Source: a virus
Lineage: Duplodnaviria > Caudoviricetes
Virus record (IMG/VR): IMGVR_UViG_3300051212_000924
Coordinates: 1-55,380 of that record
DNA length: 55,380 bases
Reading direction: 5' to 3' (one strand)
The translations under genes and the position numbers were made by a program. This document shows positions 1 to 8,688 of the stretch, piece after piece (position 1 is the first letter of the stretch; every line of letters starts with the position of its first letter). The notes under the pieces are model-generated. The model was not told where the DNA came from. It made no database searches and saw only the letters and a list, made by a program, of their open reading frames with translations.

Positions 1-430
1 GGTCTGGAATTGTAAAGGAAGAATCAACTACTTTCCCAGCAGGAAGAATAAGTCTTTTGTTTGAATCTTTGACTTCTGTGGTTACATAATACTTAACAGC
101 GTTCAAGTTTGCCAAACCATACTTATTTAAAGCAAAGTTGTATAAGTCTTTGTCAGATAATGGCCATTGCTCTCTGACATTAACAATACCTGCCGTAAGT
201 AGTACAACCCAATCTAAGTCAGAGGCGCCGTAAAGTTCTTCAGCAACTGTATCTGGACGAGCACCATCTTTTACAATATACTTATTGAAGATTGTAAAAA
301 CATTTTGTAAGTCGTCACGAAGTTTAACTCTTCTGAATAAATTCTTGACTCTTACGTAATCTAGAGAAGAATTCTTATCAGATAGTGGTGATTGGTAATC
401 TAGATTTGGTAGTTCTCTAAAGTAAGACAT
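1..430 (-). CDS. gp53: Baseplate wedge protein gp53-like (runs off window edge)
   Basis: Not in ORF track. Manual translation from ATG at 430: MSYFRELPNLDYQS...KYIVKDGARPDTVAEELYGASDLDWVVLL...QWPLS, the typical gp53 motif. Adjacent to gp48. Confidence 0.85.
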   Translation of the reverse strand, partial: MSYFRELPNLDYQSPLSDKNSSLDYVRVKNLFRRVKLRDDLQNVFTIFNKYIVKDGARPDTVAEELYGASDLDWVVLLTAGIVNVREQWPLSDKDLYNFALNKYGLANLNAVKYYVTTEVKDSNKRLILPAGKVVDSSFTIPD

Positions 431-431
431 A

Positions 432-1475
432 TCAGTAACCTACTCCATTGAGTCCTTCTGCGTCATAATCTTGAGCATAAATTGGATTAATTTCATTAAA
501 GTTCAAACCTAATTGAAGATGAACTGGTGTTCCGTCATCGTATGTCGAATAGGTGTTTGAACCAGTGTAGTTTACCGTCATATTAGTTAAAGCACAAACT
601 TTAAAACGATTCAGGAAAGGATGATCGTTTTTACCACTCATATATTTGATTTTAAATAAGTCGGGTGCTTGCAAAAAGAAACCATTTGTATCGTTTGCCT
701 TTGCTGCCATTGACTTTTTCAAAAATCGTATCATTTTCATAATTTCAAGACCTTCTTCAGAGTATCTTGGAGCAAGGTCAAAAATGAAACTAAAAGATCT
801 TAGAGATGGACCTTCAAAAAGAAGTTCTTGGTTTGGGTTTAAAACTTGACCTGTTGTTCTTGCGATAATAGATTTAATATTAACATTACCTCCTGCAAAA
901 TTTACAACAGAACCAGCAATTGCTCCCTGCAATCCTTTAATTACATCGGGGGATAACGCTGCGTTAAGACCACCTTTTGCTAAACCTCCAGCACCATTTA
1001 ATAATGACATAATAGGGGTTTTGACTCCGCCAACAACAGTTTCGGCAGCAGCCAATCCAGCAGCTTCAAGAGGATTTAAACCAGAAGAACCCCATTCAAC
1101 AGAATTGGCATCTGCGATTGATTGTGGAATGGGTAATACTACATGCCCGACTATTTCTTCATTCTGAGATTGAGCTGCCTGCTGAGATTCTGCCGTTAAA
1201 AACGGAGGTGCTGAAGATGCTTCAAATTTTGGTTGCTTAAATTTTACAACTTTCAAGTACAAGTAATCAGTACTTTCAGTCATTGCTTGTCTTGGATATC
1301 TATAATATTCTACGCCACCAGTTCTTGATGCTGTATTACTTACAGCACTGGTTAGATTAGTTTGATTGCTTGAACCTTGAGTTTGATTAGGCAGTGCGTT
1401 TGTTCCACCCAAATTTAAACTGGGAATTTGACCAGTATCAGTGCCAAATTTTGGGTTGGTAAAGAAATCCGCCAT
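432..1475 (-). CDS. gp48: Baseplate tail-tube cap gp48-like
   Basis: NPNQELLFEGPSLRSFSFIFDLAP and CALTNMTVNYT...GTPVHLQLGLNFNEI motifs; T4-like context. Confidence 0.8.
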   Translation of the reverse strand: MADFFTNPKFGTDTGQIPSLNLGGTNALPNQTQGSSNQTNLTSAVSNTASRTGGVEYYRYPRQAMTESTDYLYLKVVKFKQPKFEASSAPPFLTAESQQAAQSQNEEIVGHVVLPIPQSIADANSVEWGSSGLNPLEAAGLAAAETVVGGVKTPIMSLLNGAGGLAKGGLNAALSPDVIKGLQGAIAGSVVNFAGGNVNIKSIIARTTGQVLNPNQELLFEGPSLRSFSFIFDLAPRYSEEGLEIMKMIRFLKKSMAAKANDTNGFFLQAPDLFKIKYMSGKNDHPFLNRFKVCALTNMTVNYTGSNTYSTYDDGTPVHLQLGLNFNEINPIYAQDYDAEGLNGVGY

Positions 1476-1484
1476 CTAACTTTT

Positions 1485-1892
1485 CTAACTATTTAGACGG
1501 AAATTGGCAACAGGCAGTTCTTGTAAGTCTCTGAGTTCACTAGGATAAATTTCATAAAGAGAACCAGCAACTTCACTCCAGGTATATTGCCTCATTTCTC
1601 CCCAGTGAAAGTTAATTCCTTTAAATCCCCAAGAATAAACATCTGTGACTGCAACCAAAGGATTCTGGTCATAAGTCAAACTTGTAGTTTTAGCATTATA
1701 AACAAAAAGATAAAACTTACCAACACTGGGCATCTTGCCACTTTCTTGAAGAACTTCTAAAAGTTCCAGCATAATATCATCAGCACTTTCTGTTCCAACA
1801 AGACCATCAACAACCGCACGAACTCGGTTGCGATTACTATCAGTATCTGTAATCTTTTTTTCTTGCCGTTCTTTAAGAGTCTTTCTAGGCAT
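1485..1892 (-). CDS. gp2: DNA end protector gp2-like (short form)
   Basis: GKFYLFVYNAK...YDQNPLV...GFKGINFH motif; next to gp4. Confidence 0.65.
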   Translation of the reverse strand: MPRKTLKERQEKKITDTDSNRNRVRAVVDGLVGTESADDIMLELLEVLQESGKMPSVGKFYLFVYNAKTTSLTYDQNPLVAVTDVYSWGFKGINFHWGEMRQYTWSEVAGSLYEIYPSELRDLQELPVANFRLNS

Positions 1893-2329
1893 TACTTAAT
1901 GTTAAGTTCGTTTTCTGTGAGCACTTTGAATTCATATCCACGGTCAGCACACCATTCTTTTGCTGCTTCCCACTTTGCTTGGTTTTTAGCATACTCATAT
2001 GCCTCATAAAGATATTTTTTAGTTTGTCTTTGAGGTTTTGGTGGAGGTGCAGTCTGTCTTTGGGGTTTAATCTCAATCAGATATTTTTTAATATGCCCTG
2101 TGCTTTCTTTTACTTTGATGTAAAAGTCTGGAAAATACCTATGAGGTTTGCTATCAATTGGAGAACGATACCAAATAAACAATTCTTCAGAACCCCATTC
2201 TAATATCTTTTCATTTGTATCACAATAAACCATAAACTTGCGCTCCCATAGGGAACGATAGACAATATTGGTTGGATCTCCTTTATATTTCTTCGGAAAA
2301 GACGGTTGATATTTTCCCTTATATGACAT
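1892..2329 (-). CDS. gp4: Head completion nuclease gp4
   Basis: YRSLWERKFM..CD, WGSEE, RYFPDF, EIKP, NQAKWEAA: TnsA-like gp4 signature. Confidence 0.92.
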   Translation of the reverse strand: MSYKGKYQPSFPKKYKGDPTNIVYRSLWERKFMVYCDTNEKILEWGSEELFIWYRSPIDSKPHRYFPDFYIKVKESTGHIKKYLIEIKPQRQTAPPPKPQRQTKKYLYEAYEYAKNQAKWEAAKEWCADRGYEFKVLTENELNIK

Positions 2330-2330
2330 C

Positions 2331-2361
2331 TAAATAACTAAAAGCTCATAATAGGTATTTA
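2331..2361. promoter_or_regulatory. Pair of opposing T4-type late promoters
   Basis: TAAATA at 2331-2336 on + and TATTTA at 2356-2361 (TAAATA on -) in the 34-bp gap between divergent structural operons. Confidence 0.7.
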
Positions 2362-2363
2362 GA

Positions 2364-3164
2364 GTGGTCGAACCCCGCAAAATATCTGATATAAAACCGA
2401 TATTCAGTAACCTAGCTCAGACATCTCACTATCAAGTTATCTTTGGTGGACTTTCATTTCCTCTTACAACGCATCTGATTTCAAGAGGAATTGACAGTCG
2501 TTTTATTGGAGAAACTGTAGGTCTTCTGTGCAGTTCAACTTCTTTACCTGGGTCTCAGTTTGCCACCGCTGACGTTACTGGCAACTTTACTGGTATTACT
2601 GAGAAGTTTGCTCATACCAGAACTTACAATCAAATTGATATGGAGTTCTATGTTGATACTGATTATCGTACTATTAAGTTCTTTGAACATTGGATGGAGT
2701 TTATGGCAAGTGGGTCTGATGAATACTATGATAGACCTGGATATTATGTAAGAATGAAATATCCAAACGAATACAAAGTGAATAGAACAAAAATTATTAA
2801 ATTTGATAGAGACTATAGAGTTGAACTTGAGTATAATTTTTATGGGATGTTCCCTCTTATATTGAATCCAACTCCTGTAAACTATGGTGGTTCTGAACTT
2901 CTAAAGGCAAATGCTACATTCCACTTTGACCGCTATGTAACTGGTAGAGTTTCTAGTTTCGACTTCTTCCGTGGAATTGATAACAATATTACACCAATCC
3001 AACCTTCAAATTCACAAAAACCAACAACTTCTTCAGCACCAAGAAGAGTTCCAGTCAGAGGTGCAAGTGGAATTGTTTATAGGAATATTAATGTTCCATT
3101 GGGAGAGTCCATCGTCACGGGAGAACTTTACGCTCAGGCGATTGGTGAGAGAAGAACTTTCTAA
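2364..3164 (+). CDS. Tail-tube-like baseplate protein (gp54/gp19 family)
   Basis: LLCSSTSLPG, FYVDTDY..IKFFEHWM, YNFYGMFP, NATFHFDRY tube-fold motifs; GTG start. Confidence 0.7.
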   Translation: MVEPRKISDIKPIFSNLAQTSHYQVIFGGLSFPLTTHLISRGIDSRFIGETVGLLCSSTSLPGSQFATADVTGNFTGITEKFAHTRTYNQIDMEFYVDTDYRTIKFFEHWMEFMASGSDEYYDRPGYYVRMKYPNEYKVNRTKIIKFDRDYRVELEYNFYGMFPLILNPTPVNYGGSELLKANATFHFDRYVTGRVSSFDFFRGIDNNITPIQPSNSQKPTTSSAPRRVPVRGASGIVYRNINVPLGESIVTGELYAQAIGERRTF

Positions 3165-3203
3165 TAACTCTCTAAATATTTTTACTGAAGTCTATAGGTC
3201 ATT

Positions 3204-3923
3204 ATGCCTTTACCAACAATTGCTACGCCAACATATGAGTTGGAAATTCCTTCTACAGGAAAGAAAATTAGATATCGTCCTTTTCTAGTCAAAGAAGAAA
3301 AAATCTTAATCCTGGCACTTGAAAGTGAGGATACTAAACAGATTGCAAATGCAGTCAAAGAAGTCATCGCAAATTGTATTCAAACAAAAGGTGTTAAAGT
3401 AGAACAACTTTCCACTTTTGATATTGAATATATTTTCTTAAATGTTAGAGGAAAGTCAGTCGGTGAAGATGTCGAGGTTCTAATTACTTGCCCAGATGAT
3501 GGTAGAACTCAAGTTCCTGCGTTAATTAATCTTGACGAGATTAAAGTTCAGATTAGTCCAGAACATACTAGAGATATTAAACTGGATGACAATCTAACTC
3601 TCCGAATGAAGTATCCATCAATGAATGAGTTTGTCAAGACAAACTTTGCTGTGTCTGAAGAGTTGACTCTTGATGATACTTTTAATATGATTGCTTCTTG
3701 TATTGAACAAGTTTACAGTGAAGAAGAATCTTGGGCAGCAGCAGATTGCACTCCAAAAGAAATGTCACAGTTTCTAGAGCAATTAAGTTCAAAACAATTC
3801 AAAGAAATTGAAAAATTCTTTGAAACAATGCCTAAGTTATCTCATACAATTCAGGTGACAAATTCGAACACCGGTGTCACAAGCGAAGTTGTTTTGGAGG
3901 GTCTATCGGCTTTTTTCGGGTAA
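3204..3923 (+). CDS. gp26: Baseplate hub assembly protein gp26
   Basis: MPLP..PTYELEIPSTGKKIRYRPFLVKEEKILI, FDIEYIFLNVRGKSVGE, FFETMPKL; late promoter TAAATA at 3173-3178. Confidence 0.9.
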   Translation: MPLPTIATPTYELEIPSTGKKIRYRPFLVKEEKILILALESEDTKQIANAVKEVIANCIQTKGVKVEQLSTFDIEYIFLNVRGKSVGEDVEVLITCPDDGRTQVPALINLDEIKVQISPEHTRDIKLDDNLTLRMKYPSMNEFVKTNFAVSEELTLDDTFNMIASCIEQVYSEEESWAAADCTPKEMSQFLEQLSSKQFKEIEKFFETMPKLSHTIQVTNSNTGVTSEVVLEGLSAFFG

Positions 3924-3925
3924 GT

Positions 3926-4099
3926 ATGGCTCATACTAGTATTGAGTCATACTATAAAGTCAATTTTGCCTTGATGCAGCATCATAAATATTCATTGACA
4001 GAACTAGAAAATATGATACCGTGGGAGAGAGAAATTTACTTATCTCTACTTCAACAGTATATTGAAGAAGAAAACTTAAAGCAGAGAATAAATGGCTGA
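3926..4099 (+). CDS. gp51: Baseplate hub assembly catalyst gp51 (57 aa)
   Basis: Below ORF-track cutoff. MAHTSIESYYKVNFALMQHHKYSLTELENMIPWEREIYLSLLQQYIEEENLKQRING carries the gp51 motif. Confidence 0.88.
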   Translation: MAHTSIESYYKVNFALMQHHKYSLTELENMIPWEREIYLSLLQQYIEEENLKQRING

Positions 4100-5420
4100 A
4101 ATGGCATCGCCAATTGAAGGAGGTATTCAAGCTGCCAAAGAAGTTGGCGGTGGTGATGCTGCCTTGTATCAAAGAGTTCAAGCAACTGAATCAAGTATTA
4201 TATCACTGTCTTCAAGTTTGAACGGCATCTCTCAGCAGATGTCGCAATTTAGTTTATCTTTGAATAGTATATCAGCAAATATTGTTACCGAAACAAATCT
4301 AGAAAGACAGAAAGAAAGACAAGAACAGCAGCAAGAATTTTTACTAGCGCAGCAGCAGATTCGAGAAGGCAAAGAGAGTGCTATTGAGAGAAAAATTCAA
4401 GCATCTTTATCTGCTCCTGTACAGAAAATATCAGCAAAAGCAGAGAATACATTAGGAAGACTCAGGCAAGTTTTAACTGGAGTTTTATTTGGTTGGTTAG
4501 CGGTTTCTACCGTTGGATTGATTAAAAAGTATTCGGTAGATGTTCCAAATAAACTGACTTCTGTTCGTGATACTATTTTAAAAGGACTTAATACAGCAGG
4601 TCAATTTCTATCAGGTATTAGAAGTTCTCTTACGAATGTTTTCAGTACAATATCTGCTATTTCAAGTAGAGTTGCTCAGCACGTAAACGGCAGATGGTTC
4701 ATGGGACCAATTCAAAATTTAGTTGATGCTGTTAAGAATTCTTTTAAAACATTTTTTAATATTGGAAAAGGTGCTGATAAAAAAGATGGTACTGGTGGAA
4801 GTCCATCTGCACCTACCAGCACTACCGGTACAGGTGGTTCAACTGATAATATGACTCCTGCTGGGGGTGAAACATCAGCGACAGAAGGGCAATCAACTAA
4901 CGCTGCTAGCCCTGCGATGAGTGGTCTTTCTAGTTTATTAATGTCGCAAAGTGCTATGCAAAATCTTGGTATGATGCCAACTGAAACCAGTGCATCTCAA
5001 CCAACCACTCCTATGGTTAATCCACTACAGATAAACCAAGAACCAGCGGCGGGTGGTGAAGAAGTTCATAGTGAGCAACAAGAGAGCGCACCAGCAATGT
5101 ACGGTGAGTTTTCAATCAGTCCTTTACAAGATGTTACAGGTCTTGATATGAGTTCAACTCCTGTTGGAACGCAACAAACTCCGACCACCATCGCTCAAGT
5201 TACGCCAGTTGCCCAGCAAGATGTATCTCAAAAAGTTGGTGCTTTACCTGAACCAAAAGCAAATGTTGTAGTTGCGCCAGCACCAGCACAGCAACAAACA
5301 CAACAACCTGGATATTCACAAGGAAAAGCACCTGCTTCTGATATTCCTGCCATACCTTCTAGTAATCCAAATAATTTTTATGCGATGTATTCAAAGACTG
5401 TTTATAATGTGATAGGATAG
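4092..5420 (+). CDS. Putative tail/baseplate protein, tape-measure-like position
   Basis: Helical/coiled-coil N-half with a hydrophobic segment and a low-complexity S/T/P/Q C-half; directly follows gp26-gp51. Confidence 0.5.
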   Translation: MAEMASPIEGGIQAAKEVGGGDAALYQRVQATESSIISLSSSLNGISQQMSQFSLSLNSISANIVTETNLERQKERQEQQQEFLLAQQQIREGKESAIERKIQASLSAPVQKISAKAENTLGRLRQVLTGVLFGWLAVSTVGLIKKYSVDVPNKLTSVRDTILKGLNTAGQFLSGIRSSLTNVFSTISAISSRVAQHVNGRWFMGPIQNLVDAVKNSFKTFFNIGKGADKKDGTGGSPSAPTSTTGTGGSTDNMTPAGGETSATEGQSTNAASPAMSGLSSLLMSQSAMQNLGMMPTETSASQPTTPMVNPLQINQEPAAGGEEVHSEQQESAPAMYGEFSISPLQDVTGLDMSSTPVGTQQTPTTIAQVTPVAQQDVSQKVGALPEPKANVVVAPAPAQQQTQQPGYSQGKAPASDIPAIPSSNPNNFYAMYSKTVYNVIG

Positions 5421-5421
5421 T

Positions 5422-7338
5422 ATGGCAATTAAATCTTCTATTAATACTGCTAATATTAATAGGTCTGTAGGTTCTTTTAGGCAGAGTTTAAATAATGCTC
5501 AAAAGTCTGCAGGTAGAGTTAATTCATCTATTTTACAAAGAAATAAATTCAAAAAGGAATCAATTTCGAAAAAAAATTCTCTTTTTCTTCAAAGAAGGTC
5601 GGCAGTTAGAAGAAAAGAATCTCAAGATGCTTCGGAGGCAACAACAGCACTTGGCATAAGAAGAGCACCATCTAGAATTACTAGTGGAAGCACCAGAAGC
5701 TTCTTTGGAAGAATGATGGATATTAGCGGTGCATTGATGGCAGGATGGTTAGTTACAAACTTACCAAATATCATTAATCTAGCAGAAGCAACAAGTCGTA
5801 GAGCGGTTGAAGTCGCTAGAGTTTTGGGAGGAGCAATTAATAGTTTTACTCAAATTTTAAATACTTTATTCACTGGTCTAACAACTATTGGTGCAAGTTT
5901 ATTAAGGGGTGATATAGCAAGTATTCCTAATAAACTTTCTAAGTCTGTGGAAGATATGCAGACTTCTTTTACAAGAATGTTCCTTCAATTAGAAGATGCT
6001 TATAAGGTTTTAACTCAACCACTAGATTTTTCCAAAGATATTGAAGAACTAAGAGAAAGACTTGGATTGGAAGTTCCTGGTGAAGAACCTGGACCTGGTG
6101 GAGAAAGATCTCCAGGAGGTGGTGGTCAATTGCAACCTATTCATAGGCAAGCACTGGATATTATCGCAAAACCAGAAAGTGGTGGAAACTATAATTCAAT
6201 GAATCAAGGCACAGACTCTAATGGGAAAATTGTTGGATCTGGCGATTCTAATAAAATAATTGGTAAAGCACTCACAAGCATGACAATTGGTGAGGTGATG
6301 GAAAGACAAGATGAAAGGAAATATCCAAGAAATGCTAGACCAGATAGGGGAATTCATGCGGCAGGAAAATATCAAATTGTTGGTAATACTTTACCGTCAG
6401 CAATGAAAGGTGCAGGTTTAAGTCCAAGTGATATGTTTAGTCCCGAAAATCAAGACTTATTAGGTCTTGCAGTTTTACGTGATAAAGGCATAGGTGCTTG
6501 GACAGTTGGCGGTTCAAAGTATTCTGCTAAAGATAGAGCGATTATTGAGCAGGCAAGAAGAACTCCACTTGGAGCACCAACTGCAACAGTTCAACCAGGA
6601 ACAAGATTTAGAAAAGATCAAGATATTACAAGTATTGTAGGAGCAAAAGGAACTCCATCAGTTATTGTAACAAGCCTTCGTGGAAACAGAGTCAGAAATG
6701 GTAGAAGTCAATGGCATGGTGGAATTGATATTGCCACAGATAATGGAGTTTATATCGCTTTAAGAGCAAATTGTGTGGTTTTATATGCTGGTGACAGAGG
6801 TGGATATGGATTACTGGTTGATGTTTGGGTTGAATCGTATGGTATAAAATTGAGAATGGCACACTGTAGTTCTATTTTACCTAACTGTAAAGCAGGTGCT
6901 GTCATTCCTGCAGGTGTATCATTTGCTAGAGTTGGAAGCACAGGTGAATCTACAGGTCCACATATTCACTTTGAAACAGATACCAATAAAAATGGAACTA
7001 TGAATGGAGGTAGAGATTATGGCGGAAATACTGACCCTAGCCCTTATGTTTCTCTTCTTTTACTTACATCAAGGCAAAGTAATGGATTTAAAGGTGTAAC
7101 TTCTACTACTGGAAAACCACTAGCACAAACCACTCCAACTGGAACTGGAGGGAGTCCAGAAGTTCTTCAATCTTTAACACCAGAAAGAAAGGGGCAAACA
7201 GTTATCGTTACTCAACCACAAACACAAGCAGCACCACCTCCACCATCTGCTCCAGCATCGATGATGCCAATGGTTGTTGGTGATTCATTAAATAGTATTC
7301 ATAATAGCATTTTACTTAATCAATTAGCGTACACATAA
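5422..7338 (+). CDS. Virion murein hydrolase: lysozyme-like plus M23 peptidase domains
   Basis: ESGGNYNSMN...AAGKYQIV...FSPENQD (lysozyme-like); HGGIDIA, GGYG, STGPHIHFE (M23 HxxxD/HxH). Confidence 0.8.
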   Translation: MAIKSSINTANINRSVGSFRQSLNNAQKSAGRVNSSILQRNKFKKESISKKNSLFLQRRSAVRRKESQDASEATTALGIRRAPSRITSGSTRSFFGRMMDISGALMAGWLVTNLPNIINLAEATSRRAVEVARVLGGAINSFTQILNTLFTGLTTIGASLLRGDIASIPNKLSKSVEDMQTSFTRMFLQLEDAYKVLTQPLDFSKDIEELRERLGLEVPGEEPGPGGERSPGGGGQLQPIHRQALDIIAKPESGGNYNSMNQGTDSNGKIVGSGDSNKIIGKALTSMTIGEVMERQDERKYPRNARPDRGIHAAGKYQIVGNTLPSAMKGAGLSPSDMFSPENQDLLGLAVLRDKGIGAWTVGGSKYSAKDRAIIEQARRTPLGAPTATVQPGTRFRKDQDITSIVGAKGTPSVIVTSLRGNRVRNGRSQWHGGIDIATDNGVYIALRANCVVLYAGDRGGYGLLVDVWVESYGIKLRMAHCSSILPNCKAGAVIPAGVSFARVGSTGESTGPHIHFETDTNKNGTMNGGRDYGGNTDPSPYVSLLLLTSRQSNGFKGVTSTTGKPLAQTTPTGTGGSPEVLQSLTPERKGQTVIVTQPQTQAAPPPPSAPASMMPMVVGDSLNSIHNSILLNQLAYT

Positions 7339-7339
7339 T

Positions 7340-8686
7340 ATGTCATCACCAGCAAGATTAAGGTCTCAATACGATGAGATTTTTATTGAAAGTAACGACC
7401 AGAAAAGAACCGTAGATATTAGAAAGGGTGTAGTCTCAATTGATTATTATGAAGATATTTTTTCACCAACAATAACTGCTACAATTACAGTTGTTAACAC
7501 TGGTGATTCAATTGCAAAAGCGGATGAAGAAGGAAATTCTGATGGTGCTCGTCAGTCAATTTACAATGGTTTGCCTTTGCGTGGTGGTGAAAGGGTGTCG
7601 ATAAAAATTGCTGGCAATACTTCTTCAAATCCTGGTCTAGACTTTTCTAAAAAACCTGTTGATTACCTTTATGTTTCAAGTATATCAAATGTCATTAGCG
7701 AAAGCAAACGAGAATCATTTACATTAAACTTAGTTTCAAGAGAATCTATCACAAACGAAACAACAAGAGTTGCTAAGAAATATCCAACAAGTTCTAGAAT
7801 TGACCAATCTGTTCAAGATATTTTAAAGAATTATCTAAAGACTGATAAAACAATTACAGTCGATGAAACTTCAAACAAATATGGATTTATTGGTAACTTA
7901 AGAAAACCATTTACTGTTTTGGTTTGGTTGGCGTCCAGAGCAGTTCCCAAAACATCTGGTGACGCCACTGCGGGGTTTGTATTCTTTCAGACAAAAGATG
8001 GATATCACTTTAGATCAATTGATAAACTGATTACTGAAAAACCAAAGGCAACCTATACTTATGTTGGTACAAGCCAAGAGGGGACGAATAAAGACTTCAA
8101 TATTTTATCTTATACCACAAATAGAAATCAAAATCTACTTGAAAAATTGAGACTTGGTGCTTATGCAAGTTATCGAGTTTTTTATAACCCTTTAACTAGT
8201 GAATTTACTCCACAAGAAAAAGCAGTCTATAAATCTTCTGACTATATCGGAAAATCTAAGAATCTTGGAAAAGCTCTGACGTTACCAAAAATATCTACCG
8301 GTACAGAACAAACTTTAGGTGATATCCCAAGTCGAATTATTACAAAAATTCTTGATATTGGGACGATGGAAAAGGATGCATCAATTGAGTCAAATTCTGA
8401 CCCATCGAAATATCAGTCACAAACTTTAATGAGATACAACGTATTGATGACCCAAACACTAAGTATGACAGTTGCGTCTAATACAAATTTAAGAGCAGGT
8501 GATATTATTGAATGTCAGTTTCCAAAAGTGTCTAAGTCTGATGGAAATCAATTTGATGATGAACAAAGCGGTCTATATATGATTAAAGAATTATGTCATC
8601 ATTTTGACACTGATGGTTCGTATACATCAATGCTCCTTGTAAGAGATACATTCGGTCGTTTTGGAACTAACAACAAAGAAGACTAA
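7340..8686 (+). CDS. Baseplate hub protein (gp27/GpD-like)
   Basis: YYEDIFSP, FVFFQTKDGYHFRSID, LRAGDII, SGLYMIKELCHHF; lies before gp5. Confidence 0.7.
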   Translation: MSSPARLRSQYDEIFIESNDQKRTVDIRKGVVSIDYYEDIFSPTITATITVVNTGDSIAKADEEGNSDGARQSIYNGLPLRGGERVSIKIAGNTSSNPGLDFSKKPVDYLYVSSISNVISESKRESFTLNLVSRESITNETTRVAKKYPTSSRIDQSVQDILKNYLKTDKTITVDETSNKYGFIGNLRKPFTVLVWLASRAVPKTSGDATAGFVFFQTKDGYHFRSIDKLITEKPKATYTYVGTSQEGTNKDFNILSYTTNRNQNLLEKLRLGAYASYRVFYNPLTSEFTPQEKAVYKSSDYIGKSKNLGKALTLPKISTGTEQTLGDIPSRIITKILDIGTMEKDASIESNSDPSKYQSQTLMRYNVLMTQTLSMTVASNTNLRAGDIIECQFPKVSKSDGNQFDDEQSGLYMIKELCHHFDTDGSYTSMLLVRDTFGRFGTNNKED

Positions 8687-8688
8687 AA

